Origin: an uncultured Gemmatimonadales bacterium
GTDB taxonomy: Bacteria; Gemmatimonadota; Gemmatimonadetes; Gemmatimonadales; Gemmatimonadaceae
Length of the DNA stretch: 64,000 nt
Direction of reading: 5' to 3'
Assembly (NCBI GenBank): GCA_963793305.1
Contig: CAWBZV010000003.1
Span: 896,001 to 960,000 of the forward strand
The position numbers and the translations under genes are program-made. Of this stretch, positions 29,844 to 39,682 are shown piece by piece; the first letter of the stretch is position 1; each line of letters begins with the position of its first letter. The notes under the pieces are model-generated. The model saw nothing but the letters and a program-made list of their open reading frames with translations, was not told where the DNA came from and ran no database searches.

Positions 29844-32536
29844 CTGCGACTATGAGAGAGAGATGACAATCCTCTAATGTGGTCAGCGCGCCCTTTCTCC
29901 ATGCCGTTCGAATTCTACATTGACCGCATGAGATGCCTGAATCGGGAGCGAAGCCGAACATGCCGGACATTCAGCCGGATATAACGAAATCTTCGGCACG
30001 ACCAACCAATCGTATGACTGAGCATCTGCTCTTCGACCTGCGGTACGCGATTCGCGTGCTGCTGAGATCTCCGGGATTCTCGTTCATTGCCATCGCCACC
30101 ATGGCGCTCGGCATCGGCGCCACGACGGCGATCTATAGCGTCATCGACGCCACGCTGCTGCACCCGTTGCCGTACCCGAATCCCACCGAGCTAATGCACG
30201 TCGAGGACGACCTTCCGGGCACGGGCGCGAAGGACGTCGGCATGTCCATCCCCGAGTTCAGAGACCTGCAGAGCTCCGGGATCTTCCAGTCCATGTCGCT
30301 TGCCAGCCACGGCGCAAGCACGAACCTCACCGGCGGTGCGCAGCCCGAGCGTCTCACCTTCAAGGCTGTTTCGCCGAATTATTTCGTGGTCCTCGGTGTC
30401 GGCGCCCAGTTGGGTCACACATTCGATCCGCACGATCCCGCTCCCGGCTTCAACCTGCAGGTCGTGATCAGCGACGGCCTCTGGAGGAGGGAATTCGGAG
30501 CCGATCCAAACATCATCGGGAAAACGCTTCGCCTGGACAACGACCCGTATCAGATCGTGGGCGTCATGCCGCGCGGGTTTCGCGATCAGGGCTCGACCAG
30601 CGACGAGCAGAATGTGGAGATGTGGTTGGGAGCGGGCTTCGTCGGCGACGGGTTTCCCCCGCCGCAGCGCGATCTCCGTCTGCGTCCAGCGGTCACCGCG
30701 CGACTGAAACCCGGTCTCTCGACTGTTGCCGCGCAGGGGCGCGTCGATGCGCTGGTGGCATCGCTCAAAAAGCAATATCCGGCCGACTACCCAACCAAGG
30801 TTGCCTGGACCGTGCAGTTGATTCCGCTCAGCGAAAGCGTGGTCGCCAGCGTTCACCAATCGCTCGTTCTGCTGTTCGGCGCGGTCGGATTGGTTCTTCT
30901 CATCAGTTGCGTCAACGTCGCCAATCTCTTGCTCGCCAGGGCCAGCGCGCGCGGTCGTGAGGTCACGGTTCGCCTGGCGCTAGGAGCGCAGCGAACGCGC
31001 CTCATCCGAGCGCTCCTGACCGAGATTCTCCTGCTTTTCCTGCTCGGCGGAATCGCTGGCTTTGCCATCCTCTTCGGCGCCCAACGTTTCCTGCTGCGAC
31101 TGGTCCCGGCGAGTCTCCCGCACCTCAACGACATCGGCGTGGGATGGGGCGTGCTGGGATTCGCGGTGGCCGTCTCCGTCGCAGCCGGAACGATCTGCGG
31201 GCTGGCTCCCGCATGGCTCATGAGCCGCGTCGATTTGATTGGTACGCTTCGGCAGGAAGGGCGCGGCTCCAAGGGTTCCAAGGAACGCTCGCGCGCCCGC
31301 CACATTCTCGTCATCAGTGAATTGGCGCTCTCCCTCGTGCTCCTGGTCGCCGCGAGCCTTCTGCTGCGGAGTTTTTGGGACTTGTTCAACGTACAGCCCG
31401 GTTTCAATCCGAGCCGCGTGATGGTCGTTCAGAGCTGGCTGCCTCGACCCAACGATTCCACAGCGGATCCCTATCACACCGCCACGCAGGAAGCGGTCTT
31501 GCTGCGCGAGATTCTTCGTCGCAGCCGAAATCTGCCGGGCGTAGAAGAAGTGGCCATTGGCAGCGCGGGCGCTCTTCCGCTGGACCACAGCCGGGGCGAT
31601 CTGGTGCAGCTGGTATCGATCCGCGAAGGCCTCGGGACGAAGGCCAATGAGGCTCCCGTGATGAGTGGTGCCCTCGTTTCGCCCGAATACTTCCACCTAT
31701 TAGGCATGCCGCTCGAACGCGGACGCGCGTTCACCGATCAGGACCTCGAGGCGACGCCCCCGGTTGCGGTGATCAACCAAGCCGCGGCTCGCACCTACTG
31801 GCCGGGCCAGGATCCGGTGGGCAGACGTGTCCAACTCGGTTTGACTGCGAAGGAGTCTGCCAGCTCCGCCTGGACCACGATCGTCGGTGTGACTGGGGAT
31901 GCGCGCACGGAATCCTTGGGCGAAGCGGTCGCTCCGCGGATCTACCTCAGCCTGTACCAGCGGGCCTTCGTCGGTAGCGTGAACCAGCGGGGTCTCCAAG
32001 GCCTGGCCGTCTTTCTTCGCGGACAACTCGATCCCCGCGCCATCCCCGCCCAAGTTCGCCAGCAGATTCAGTCCGTCGACCCGGAACTGCCCGTTTTCGG
32101 TGCAGAGACCATGGGTGACGTCGTCTCCGCCTCGCTCTCGGTCAGGCGATTCTCGATGGAAATGGTGGCCTTCTTTGCGGCCACGGCCTTACTGCTCGCC
32201 GGACTTGGCATCTACGGAACCATCTCGTTTGTGGTGAACGAACAACGGCGTGAGTTCGCCATTCGCCTCGCGCTGGGGGTTCAACGACGCGATATCCTCG
32301 CGATGGTCCTGCGCCGCGGACTCGGTCTGGCCGCCGCTGGCGCAGCGATCGGTTTGGTCGGTGCGCTCATCGTCTCGCACCTCATGGCCAGACTCCTCTA
32401 CGGTGTGTCGCCTACCGATCTCCCCACCTTCGCTGGCGTCACCCTCGTCCTGACCGCGGTCGCGCTGGCCGCCAGTTATATCCCGGCGCTGCGCGCCATG
32501 CGCGTCGATCCAATCGCGATACTCCACTCGGAATGA
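29844..32536 (+). repeat. Copy A of a duplicated promoter-Rid-permease module (copy B 54567-57618)
   Basis: Near-identical promoter (TATGAGAGAGAGATGACAATCCTCTAATGTG...GAATTCTACATTG), relic Rid fragments at 29928-30005, highly similar permease. Confidence 0.93.
30014..32536 (+). CDS. ABC transporter permease, duplicated MacB-PCD/FtsX (ADOP-like)
   Basis: DLRYAIRVLLRSPGF, LISCVNVANLLLAR, AGLGIYG...REFAIRLALG, PALRAMRVDP. Confidence 0.93.
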   Translation: MTEHLLFDLRYAIRVLLRSPGFSFIAIATMALGIGATTAIYSVIDATLLHPLPYPNPTELMHVEDDLPGTGAKDVGMSIPEFRDLQSSGIFQSMSLASHGASTNLTGGAQPERLTFKAVSPNYFVVLGVGAQLGHTFDPHDPAPGFNLQVVISDGLWRREFGADPNIIGKTLRLDNDPYQIVGVMPRGFRDQGSTSDEQNVEMWLGAGFVGDGFPPPQRDLRLRPAVTARLKPGLSTVAAQGRVDALVASLKKQYPADYPTKVAWTVQLIPLSESVVASVHQSLVLLFGAVGLVLLISCVNVANLLLARASARGREVTVRLALGAQRTRLIRALLTEILLLFLLGGIAGFAILFGAQRFLLRLVPASLPHLNDIGVGWGVLGFAVAVSVAAGTICGLAPAWLMSRVDLIGTLRQEGRGSKGSKERSRARHILVISELALSLVLLVAASLLLRSFWDLFNVQPGFNPSRVMVVQSWLPRPNDSTADPYHTATQEAVLLREILRRSRNLPGVEEVAIGSAGALPLDHSRGDLVQLVSIREGLGTKANEAPVMSGALVSPEYFHLLGMPLERGRAFTDQDLEATPPVAVINQAAARTYWPGQDPVGRRVQLGLTAKESASSAWTTIVGVTGDARTESLGEAVAPRIYLSLYQRAFVGSVNQRGLQGLAVFLRGQLDPRAIPAQVRQQIQSVDPELPVFGAETMGDVVSASLSVRRFSMEMVAFFAATALLLAGLGIYGTISFVVNEQRREFAIRLALGVQRRDILAMVLRRGLGLAAAGAAIGLVGALIVSHLMARLLYGVSPTDLPTFAGVTLVLTAVALAASYIPALRAMRVDPIAILHSE

Positions 32537-32568
32537 CTGCTTGACCTGATCGAGACCTTACAGGAGGA

Positions 32569-33147
32569 ATGATGCGAGTGTTCTCCGTTGCAGTGCTGAT
32601 TGGGCTGACGGCGTCTCCCCTGTCGGCGCAGCAAGCGACATCTTCTGGTGCGCCAGTGGCCGACGCGGTCCGCACCATCATGCAGCGGCTATCGGTGAAT
32701 CTGGTCGCGGCTGGTGACGACATGCCGGTCGCCAAACTGGGATACCGGCCCACGCCTGCGCAGCTCAGCTTCGGCGGCGTGTTGGTGCATTCGGCGGAGT
32801 TCAACGAAACCGTCTGCTCATGGGTCTCCGGGACCAAGCCGCCCATGGAACCCAAACCCGGGCCCAACGACACCACCGAGGCGGGATGGGTGACCTACGG
32901 ACCCAAGGCGTCAGCTCACCTCAAGCGCTCATTCGAGTATTGCGCCACCGTGCTCGCCAACCTGGACGATTCGAAGCTGGATGAACAGGTGCCCTGGTTC
33001 GGTGGGCCGACTGCAAAAGCCTCCCGGGCCCGCGCCCTGATTGTGCTCCCCATGGATTGGCAAGACCACTATGCCCAGCTTGCGATGTATCTCCGGATGA
33101 ACGGAATTCTTCCGCCGACCGCGAGGCCGAGACCGAAAACGGCATAG
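32569..33147 (+). CDS. Secreted DinB-family protein
   Basis: GGAGG SD, signal peptide, YRPTP...SFGGVLVH, DHYAQLAMYLRMNGILPP. Confidence 0.85.
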   Translation: MMRVFSVAVLIGLTASPLSAQQATSSGAPVADAVRTIMQRLSVNLVAAGDDMPVAKLGYRPTPAQLSFGGVLVHSAEFNETVCSWVSGTKPPMEPKPGPNDTTEAGWVTYGPKASAHLKRSFEYCATVLANLDDSKLDEQVPWFGGPTAKASRARALIVLPMDWQDHYAQLAMYLRMNGILPPTARPRPKTA

Positions 33148-33173
33148 AGGAGAAGGAGTTGCTGTGTCTTGCT

Positions 33174-33206
33174 AGAGGGGCCCGATCGATCAGACCAGGC
33201 CCCTCT
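33174..33206. terminator. Hairpin between convergent genes
   Basis: AGAGGGGCC-N15-GGCCCCTCT. Confidence 0.5.
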
Positions 33207-33220
33207 CAAAGGACAGTAAT

Positions 33221-33781
33221 TCATTGCGGCGCCGCGCGTGTGAGATCAACGGTGAAGTTGACTTCCCATGTCTTGCCACCGTCCACCGACCACGACTGCT
33301 CGAAGCGCGCCAACGTCGGCGAGACACTCAGCCACACATAGCGGACATAGATCGCTCGGCCCTTGTACGTGTCCTGATCATAGAACTCGCCGCGGTTGCC
33401 GTCGAACTGGCCGACCACATGCGGGGCGTCCAGCTCGCCCTTGTCGAGATCGAGCAGGTAGATCGACCACTGGTGCGTGTCGGGATTATAGAGGCGTAGC
33501 GTCTGCCCCTTGTTGCGTTTTTTGAGCTCGTCGGAGTACGAATCGAACTCCTCGAAGTTCGCGTTGGTATCGAGCAGCTTCTTGTGGTTCGAGATCCCGT
33601 CGTACGTCACCCACTTGTTCGACCCGTTGAGCCGATCCGGCAGCGCGCGCACGTGCGCCTTCCAGTTACCGATCAGAAAGTCGAAATCGTGGGAGCCGTC
33701 GCGTGGCGGCCCGGGCGCCGCGCTTTGCGCACTGAGCGCCACCGGTAGGGCGAGCAGCATCGCCTTGAGAACAGTTTGCAT
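33221..33781 (-). CDS. Secreted beta-barrel protein (DUF1579-like)
   Basis: Signal peptide, HDFDFLIGNW, LRLYNP...WSIY, EQSWSVDGGKTWE. Confidence 0.75.
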   Translation of the reverse strand: MQTVLKAMLLALPVALSAQSAAPGPPRDGSHDFDFLIGNWKAHVRALPDRLNGSNKWVTYDGISNHKKLLDTNANFEEFDSYSDELKKRNKGQTLRLYNPDTHQWSIYLLDLDKGELDAPHVVGQFDGNRGEFYDQDTYKGRAIYVRYVWLSVSPTLARFEQSWSVDGGKTWEVNFTVDLTRAAPQ

Positions 33782-33802
33782 ACGTGCCAAAATGGTCGCC
33801 TG

Positions 33803-33848
33803 CTGGCTCTAGGCAAGAGCCAGATTCGTGCAGTATCATAGAGCCAGA
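33803..33848. promoter_or_regulatory. MocR/GabR-type operator
   Basis: AGAGCCAG inverted at 33803-33810 and direct at 33816 and 33840: the two-direct-plus-one-inverted layout typical of MocR regulators. Confidence 0.75.
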
Positions 33849-33852
33849 GCTC

Positions 33853-35268
33853 ATGCCGAAATCCCTCGCGTCGATCGTCCTCTCGCCCTCGGGGCGTGCG
33901 TCCCTCCAATCTCAATTGGCCGCGAGGCTTCGCGTGCTGATTCAGCACGGCCACTTGGGCGCCGGCGAGTCGGTGCCACCCAGCCGGCAGCTGGCGGCCG
34001 ATCTCGGCGTCGCCCGGAATACGGTCACGCTCGCGTACGAGCGCTTGATCGACGAGGGATATCTCGAGAGCCGCCCGCGCTCCGGGCTCTTCGTCTGCGA
34101 GTCGCTCGGGTCAATGCCGGCGCCCAAGACGGCGCGTGACGGCGCGGCCCGCCGGTCGCAACTGGAACGCGTCGCACCCGCGCGTCCGTTCCGCGAATCC
34201 CGGCCGGATGTGCGCCTCTTTCCCCTCGCGCTCTGGAATCGCGTCCGAGCTCACGCGCTCAAGACGCACGGGAGCGCGCTCCTGCAGTATCAGTCCGAGC
34301 TGCCCCTGGGCCTCCCGGTCTTGCGGCGCGCCATCGCCTCATACGTGCGCGACCGTCGAGGCGTGAGCTGCGACTGGCGGCAAATCGCCATCACCAGCGG
34401 TTCACAGCATGCCCTCTACATGCTGGCACACCTCCTCCTTCGGCCGGGCGCAACGGCATTGATGGAGGATCCGGGCTATCGCGGTGCGCGGCGCGCGTTG
34501 ATGAGCGTCGGTGCCGCCATCCAACCAGTCGCAGTCGATGCGCAGGGTCTCGTTCCGCCGACCAACCTCGCAAAGAAGGCGGCGCTCATCTACACAACTC
34601 CGTCGCGCCAATATCCCACTGGGGCCTGTTTGCCGGTCACGCGGCGCACGGAGTTCATTCGCTGGGCCGCGCGATCAGCCGCGTGGATCATCGAGGACGA
34701 TTACGATTCCGAGTTCCGGTATCGCCTTCCTCCGGTGCCGAGTCTCCATAGCCTCGATCCGGGCGGTCGCGTGATCTACGTCGGGACCATGAGCAAAACA
34801 CTCTTCCCCTCGCTCCGTTTGGGCTATGTTGTCCTTCCGTGGAGCTTGCTCGGTCCATTCGGCGAGCTGCGGTCGACGATGGACGATCACGGGAATTTGA
34901 TGGACCAGGCGACGACAGCCGAATTCCTCGAGACCGGTGCCTACCATTCGCACATCCGGCGCTGTCGCCGGGAGTACGGCGCGCGTCTCGACACGTTTCT
35001 CACGGCCGTGAGCGAGACCGGCCTCCCGTTGGACTTCCCGCATGCCGACGGTGGCATCAACATCTCGGGCTTCCTGCCGGAATCCTCGGACGACACCGCA
35101 TGGGTCACGGCCCTGGCCGACGTGGACGTCGACACGCGCGCCCACTCGGCGCTCGCGCTCCGTCGAGTCAGGCCAGGGTTGATCTTCGGCTTCACCGCGT
35201 TCGACCACACCGAGATCCGCTCCGCCGTCCGCCTCATGGGCCGCGTCCGTCAAGGAGATATCCAATGA
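33853..35268 (+). CDS. MocR/GabR-family regulator (GntR HTH plus PLP aminotransferase domain)
   Basis: PPSRQLAADLGVARNTV, EDPGY, IIEDDYDSEFRY, GTMSKTLFPSLRLGY. Confidence 0.95.
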   Translation: MPKSLASIVLSPSGRASLQSQLAARLRVLIQHGHLGAGESVPPSRQLAADLGVARNTVTLAYERLIDEGYLESRPRSGLFVCESLGSMPAPKTARDGAARRSQLERVAPARPFRESRPDVRLFPLALWNRVRAHALKTHGSALLQYQSELPLGLPVLRRAIASYVRDRRGVSCDWRQIAITSGSQHALYMLAHLLLRPGATALMEDPGYRGARRALMSVGAAIQPVAVDAQGLVPPTNLAKKAALIYTTPSRQYPTGACLPVTRRTEFIRWAARSAAWIIEDDYDSEFRYRLPPVPSLHSLDPGGRVIYVGTMSKTLFPSLRLGYVVLPWSLLGPFGELRSTMDDHGNLMDQATTAEFLETGAYHSHIRRCRREYGARLDTFLTAVSETGLPLDFPHADGGINISGFLPESSDDTAWVTALADVDVDTRAHSALALRRVRPGLIFGFTAFDHTEIRSAVRLMGRVRQGDIQ

Positions 35269-35648
35269 AGCAGAACGTTCCGTTAACCATCGCCTCTCTC
35301 CTCTCGACCCTCTTGTTCACGCTTCACCTGACGGACGACATCGTCCGGGGCATGGAGCCAGGGACGCTTTCAAGCCTGATTGCGCTGCCCATTCTTGCCG
35401 TCCAGCTGTACGGAACGCTGGCGCTGGCCGGAAAGCGATCTGGGTACGTCATCATCCTCCTCGCGTCGCTCCTTGAATTGGTCGTCCCCGTCGTCCACAT
35501 GAAGGGGGCGGGAGTCGGCGGAGCGATCGCCAACTCCAACGGAGCCTTCTTCTTTATCTGGACGCTCCTCGCGCTCGGCGTGACCGCTCTCTTCTCCGTC
35601 ATCCTCTCGGCGCGCGGGCTGTGGGAGCATGTGCCACGGCGGTCGTGA
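35265..35648 (+). CDS. Small 4-TM membrane protein
   Basis: AAGGAG SD, ATGA overlap, four hydrophobic segments. Confidence 0.75.
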   Translation: MKQNVPLTIASLLSTLLFTLHLTDDIVRGMEPGTLSSLIALPILAVQLYGTLALAGKRSGYVIILLASLLELVVPVVHMKGAGVGGAIANSNGAFFFIWTLLALGVTALFSVILSARGLWEHVPRRS

Positions 35649-35726
35649 GCCATATGTCAGGATTCGGCCCCAAACTGTCAGACATGTGCCCTGGCGACCC
35701 GTCGAGATACGCAGAGTTTCTATAGT

Positions 35727-38099
35727 GTGCGCCCGAGCAAAGCGGACCTCTCGATTGCATCGATCGCCCACGGGATGGCGCCCGGTTGGCTCTTCCCCAC
35801 CGAGTGGCTCATCTGGCCGCCGGACACGTTCGCGCTGACCTCCACGATCCTGCGACAGACCGGCTGTTACCGGCATGTCGTCACGAGTGACCGGGGCCAC
35901 CGCGACGGATGGCAAGATCACGTCGAGTCCTGCGCGAAAACCTGGCTGAGTCGACTCAATGCGGTGCTCGCCGATCCCGCGGAGGCCGCGCACGATGCGC
36001 CCAACCGGGCGAGTCTCGCCCAGGTGCCCGGCATCCGGGCGCGCATCAAAGAACTGCGCCAACTGGCGCCAACCGTGCCGATCGAGGACCTCTGCACGCT
36101 CGAGAGTGAGAACGCTCGGCGGCTGGCCGAGATCCTGCTGGAAATTCACGCGGTTGCCGACACCGCGTGCGCCGGGTTCGGCCTGCCGTCATCGCCTCAA
36201 GAGAACGTGGCGCTCGTGCACTGTCTCGCCAATCTCTTGTTGACGGCCCGCGGGTCCCTCTCCCGCATCGCCAAACACTTTGGCGTCGTCCTGCCCAAGC
36301 TCCGCACCCCGCAAAGCGGTCTCACGCTGCGGTCGCTCGCGCACCATGTCACGCTGCACACATCCGAAGTCGAAGTCATGTGGCGGGCCGTGCCTTGGCC
36401 GAACGTCGAGGAGAATACCATCAACATCCTCATTGTGCCGTGGCCCCTGACACTCCACGAGGCGAGTTTTTGTGCGAAGCCGGAGACCTTCGAGTCCGTG
36501 CGGTACTTCGCCTACACGCCCGCGGAAGCACACGAGAGCGCGTGCATCGAGCGCACGTGTGAGCTCGTGAAGCGATTGCACGAACAGGTCGGCCGCGTCC
36601 ACATGGTGGCCTTTCCCGAATTGGCGTTTTCGGAGAATGGCTACATCGAGTTGCTGCACCGCTTGCAACACGCGCGCGACCCGCAGGGTCCCGACAGCCT
36701 GCGACAAGTGCCAATGATCCTCACCGGCATCGCGAACGGTCGTCAGGAGGCCGCCGACGGAACGACCACGCCATCGCAGAATGAGGTCCGACTGGCGACG
36801 TACTTTGCTGGACGCTGGTACGAGTGCGCACAACAGAAACACCATCGCTGGAAGATGGACCGCAACCAGGTGCGTCAGTATCAACTCGAAGGCCGACTGT
36901 CCACCGCTCGCGATTGGGTGGAACGGATCGATCTCGCGCAACGGCGCTTGACGTTCCTCGCGCCCACCGGTTGGCTGGCCCTCACGCCGTTGATCTGTGA
37001 AGACCTCGCCCAACTGGAACCCGTCTCCGATCTCATTCGCGGCGTCGGCCCGACGCTCCTCGTCGCGCTCTTGTTGGACGGTCCGCAGCTCAAGGAGCGA
37101 TGGTCCGCGCGATACGCCGGCGTGTTTGCCGACGATCCCGGCACCGCCGTGTTGACGGTCACCGCGCTCGGCATGGCCGAGCGATCACGAAAGCACGGCA
37201 CGGACGGTGGACACGGCAACCGAACGGCCGCGCTGTGGAAGGACCAGCTGACGGGGTGGCAAACCTTCGACATTCCCCCGGATGCCGGCGCATTACTGCT
37301 CACGATCTCGGCATCGTGGCGGGAGGAGTTCACGGCGGACGGACGGTCCGACTACAAGAACGCGTCGGTGTTTTCGTTCGAGGGGGTGAGATTTCAGCCG
37401 TTCTCGACGGAGGATCGCGCCGGCGCGTCGGCCGGTACGACGGAGCGTCCGATCCGTTCGCTGGACCCGGATCAACGACAACGCCTCCTGGCGAGTTGGG
37501 CCGACATCCGCGAGTTGACCGCCGCGACATTCGCGCTCGACGCACTGATTGAGCTCCGCGGACGCCACCGCAACCGGATTCGCGCGTGGCTCCTGGGGCG
37601 GTCGCAGCCACAGTGGGAGGCGTCGGCGCCGGAACCGATCAGAGAAATCGTGCGCCTGTTGCGCACCGCGCAGGTCGACCCGGCCAGAGCCGGCGTCAAA
37701 GCGCGCCAGGACGTGTGGCCTACGCCGGCGCTCGAGACCGGTGCGGATTACATCGCCCAATTATTCGATGAGATCGGAAGTCGCAAGCTGCCCGAGTCAT
37801 CGCATCAATACTGGCGCGTCCTGTTCAACGTCACGCTCCAGGCGCTCGAGAAGCAGCGGCAAGAAGGCGATGATCGCGGCGTCGACGACCACAAGGAATG
37901 GGAACGCCGGCGCGCGATCCGGGCGGTGCTCGTCATGACGCTCGTCGCGCTCCACTCCCGGGTCGACGCGGTACGCCGCCGGCCACTGGCGACGCATGCG
38001 CTGCGGGGGCGGCGTGGATCAGCGGATCAGTTCCTCACCCGGGACATCGCGCGGTTGCTGCGAGATCTCGAACGAGAGATCGAGAAGTACGCGTACTGA
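35727..38099 (+). CDS. 790-aa uncharacterised protein with a central carbon-nitrogen hydrolase (nitrilase)-like domain
   Basis: VAFPEL (E298), QQKHH (K371) and LICEDL (C424) in nitrilase triad order; long N- and C-terminal extensions; start uncertain. Confidence 0.7.
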   Translation: MRPSKADLSIASIAHGMAPGWLFPTEWLIWPPDTFALTSTILRQTGCYRHVVTSDRGHRDGWQDHVESCAKTWLSRLNAVLADPAEAAHDAPNRASLAQVPGIRARIKELRQLAPTVPIEDLCTLESENARRLAEILLEIHAVADTACAGFGLPSSPQENVALVHCLANLLLTARGSLSRIAKHFGVVLPKLRTPQSGLTLRSLAHHVTLHTSEVEVMWRAVPWPNVEENTINILIVPWPLTLHEASFCAKPETFESVRYFAYTPAEAHESACIERTCELVKRLHEQVGRVHMVAFPELAFSENGYIELLHRLQHARDPQGPDSLRQVPMILTGIANGRQEAADGTTTPSQNEVRLATYFAGRWYECAQQKHHRWKMDRNQVRQYQLEGRLSTARDWVERIDLAQRRLTFLAPTGWLALTPLICEDLAQLEPVSDLIRGVGPTLLVALLLDGPQLKERWSARYAGVFADDPGTAVLTVTALGMAERSRKHGTDGGHGNRTAALWKDQLTGWQTFDIPPDAGALLLTISASWREEFTADGRSDYKNASVFSFEGVRFQPFSTEDRAGASAGTTERPIRSLDPDQRQRLLASWADIRELTAATFALDALIELRGRHRNRIRAWLLGRSQPQWEASAPEPIREIVRLLRTAQVDPARAGVKARQDVWPTPALETGADYIAQLFDEIGSRKLPESSHQYWRVLFNVTLQALEKQRQEGDDRGVDDHKEWERRRAIRAVLVMTLVALHSRVDAVRRRPLATHALRGRRGSADQFLTRDIARLLRDLEREIEKYAY

Positions 38100-38105
38100 T
38101 GATGG

Positions 38106-38863
38106 CTAGCCTGGCGACGGCGTCGGACAGTCGGTCGCTCCCGCCCAGAAAAAATTGCCATCGTTGTCGCGATACCAGTGGGCGTTGCCATGCACGCTCT
38201 GACCGTTGCTGGTCCAACCGCCGAACGCCAGGTCGGTCCCTGAGTCGGCGGTCCGCACAATGGTCGCCGCGGTGGTCGGCGCGGCGCGACGGACGTTGAG
38301 CGCCGAGGAATGGTGTGCACGGCGCCCGGCTTCGCAACGAATGCGTAGCTGGCAATGGACTGCACCCCTTGTTGGGCGAGCATGATCACGTGATCGAGGT
38401 CGACGCCATCGCCTGGGCAAAATGGCTTGAGCGAGTAGATCTCGTGGTGACCAATGATGTGCTGACGATCGAGCGCGATGCCCCATCGATTGGCGGCGGC
38501 CGCCACGAGGCTGGCGCTCGCGGCATACATGTCGTCCGTCCATGCGACACCGCTCTGCCCTTCGTGCTCGATCCCGATCGTATACCAGTTCGGGTTCACG
38601 CCGGGTCGGAGCAACGGCCAGGTGGGTGCGTTGACCCGCCCCGCGTGCCAGGCGGTGTCGCCTTCGCCGACGTACTGATGGACACTGCCATCTTTGCCGA
38701 CGCCGTAGTGAGCGGACACCTGGGACTTGACCGCGTCAAACCACGAGTCGGTGTCTGCCAGGGTTCCCTGCATGATGTGGATGACGATGGCCAGGGGCTG
38801 ATATCCCTGTCGCCCTTTCGCAAAATTCGGACTCCCGATCCACTGGATGCTTCCCGGCATCAC
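38106..38863 (-). CDS. N-acetylmuramoyl-L-alanine amidase (Amidase_2) with C-terminal SH3-like domain, frameshifted near 38310
   Basis: IVIHIMQG, VSAHY, AWHAG, IGIEHEG, IIGHHEI, FCPG; then ALNVRRAAP...HWYR...FFWAG in another frame; no signal peptide. Confidence 0.88.
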
Positions 38864-38866
38864 AGG

Positions 38867-39682
38867 TTACCCCTGAGCGCCGGAGAGGGATCTCGAGCCG
38901 TTGACGACGCCGTCGTCGCCTCGCTCACCGCTATCGGGGCTTGCGTCTCCGGCGCCATTGTTCGCGGTCGCCGGTGGGACCACCGGTGTTGGCGTCACCG
39001 ATGTCGGTGCGACGGCGTGCTGCGGCGCGGCATCATTGCCCGGTTCCGCTTTGGTAAACAGTGTCTCGGCGACTTGTTGCAGCTTGAGCGTCGCGGGCGT
39101 GCTGAACATGCCCACCAGCACGGCGACGGCGGCGATGCCGAACGCGCTCGTGTCGCTCACCGCCGCCGACGGCGAAATCAGGCCGCCGCGGAGGACCACG
39201 TAGAACGCCAGGGCGAGGATGCTCCCGATCAGTGGCAACATGACGTAATACGGCAGCCAACTGCGCTTGAGGGCGCGATTCCCAATGTACCACCCCAATG
39301 AGCGCAGGCCATGCAGTAAACCGCCCAGCGCGCCGCAAATGACGACGATCGCGAGCAGCCGGTGTTCGGCCCACAGTACGAATGACGTCCCGAACAGCGT
39401 GACGCAGGTTGGATCCAGCGTGGAATCAGGCAAAACGCGCGGCGTGATTGTCGTATCGCACCGGAGCGGTGCCCCGCTGGTGAGCGACGCGGCCGCTCCG
39501 GGCGGTTTGTGCGGCCAAACGGCGACGCAGACGTAGAGCATGAGACCGCCGAGCACCGCAAGGACGATCGCGGATACCACCGTTCCGAGCGGGCCAACGG
39601 ATCGGTGAGCGGGATCGACTGGCGGCGCCGGGGGGACGGCCGGTGTCGGGGAGTTCGGAATTGAATTAGCAGGAGTCGTCAT
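38867..39682 (-). CDS. Uncharacterised 4-TM membrane protein with Pro-rich termini
   Basis: TM1, Cys-pair loop, then CGALGGLLHGLRSLGWYIGNR...SWLPYY...LIG...VGMFS; ends 3 bp before the amidase. Confidence 0.8.
   Translation of the reverse strand: MTTPANSIPNSPTPAVPPAPPVDPAHRSVGPLGTVVSAIVLAVLGGLMLYVCVAVWPHKPPGAAASLTSGAPLRCDTTITPRVLPDSTLDPTCVTLFGTSFVLWAEHRLLAIVVICGALGGLLHGLRSLGWYIGNRALKRSWLPYYVMLPLIGSILALAFYVVLRGGLISPSAAVSDTSAFGIAAVAVLVGMFSTPATLKLQQVAETLFTKAEPGNDAAPQHAVAPTSVTPTPVVPPATANNGAGDASPDSGERGDDGVVNGSRSLSGAQG

Noticed and set aside
38106..39682. Prophage lysis cassette
   Set aside because: No capsid, tail, terminase, integrase or replication genes in the window; kept only as a non-phage hypothesis.
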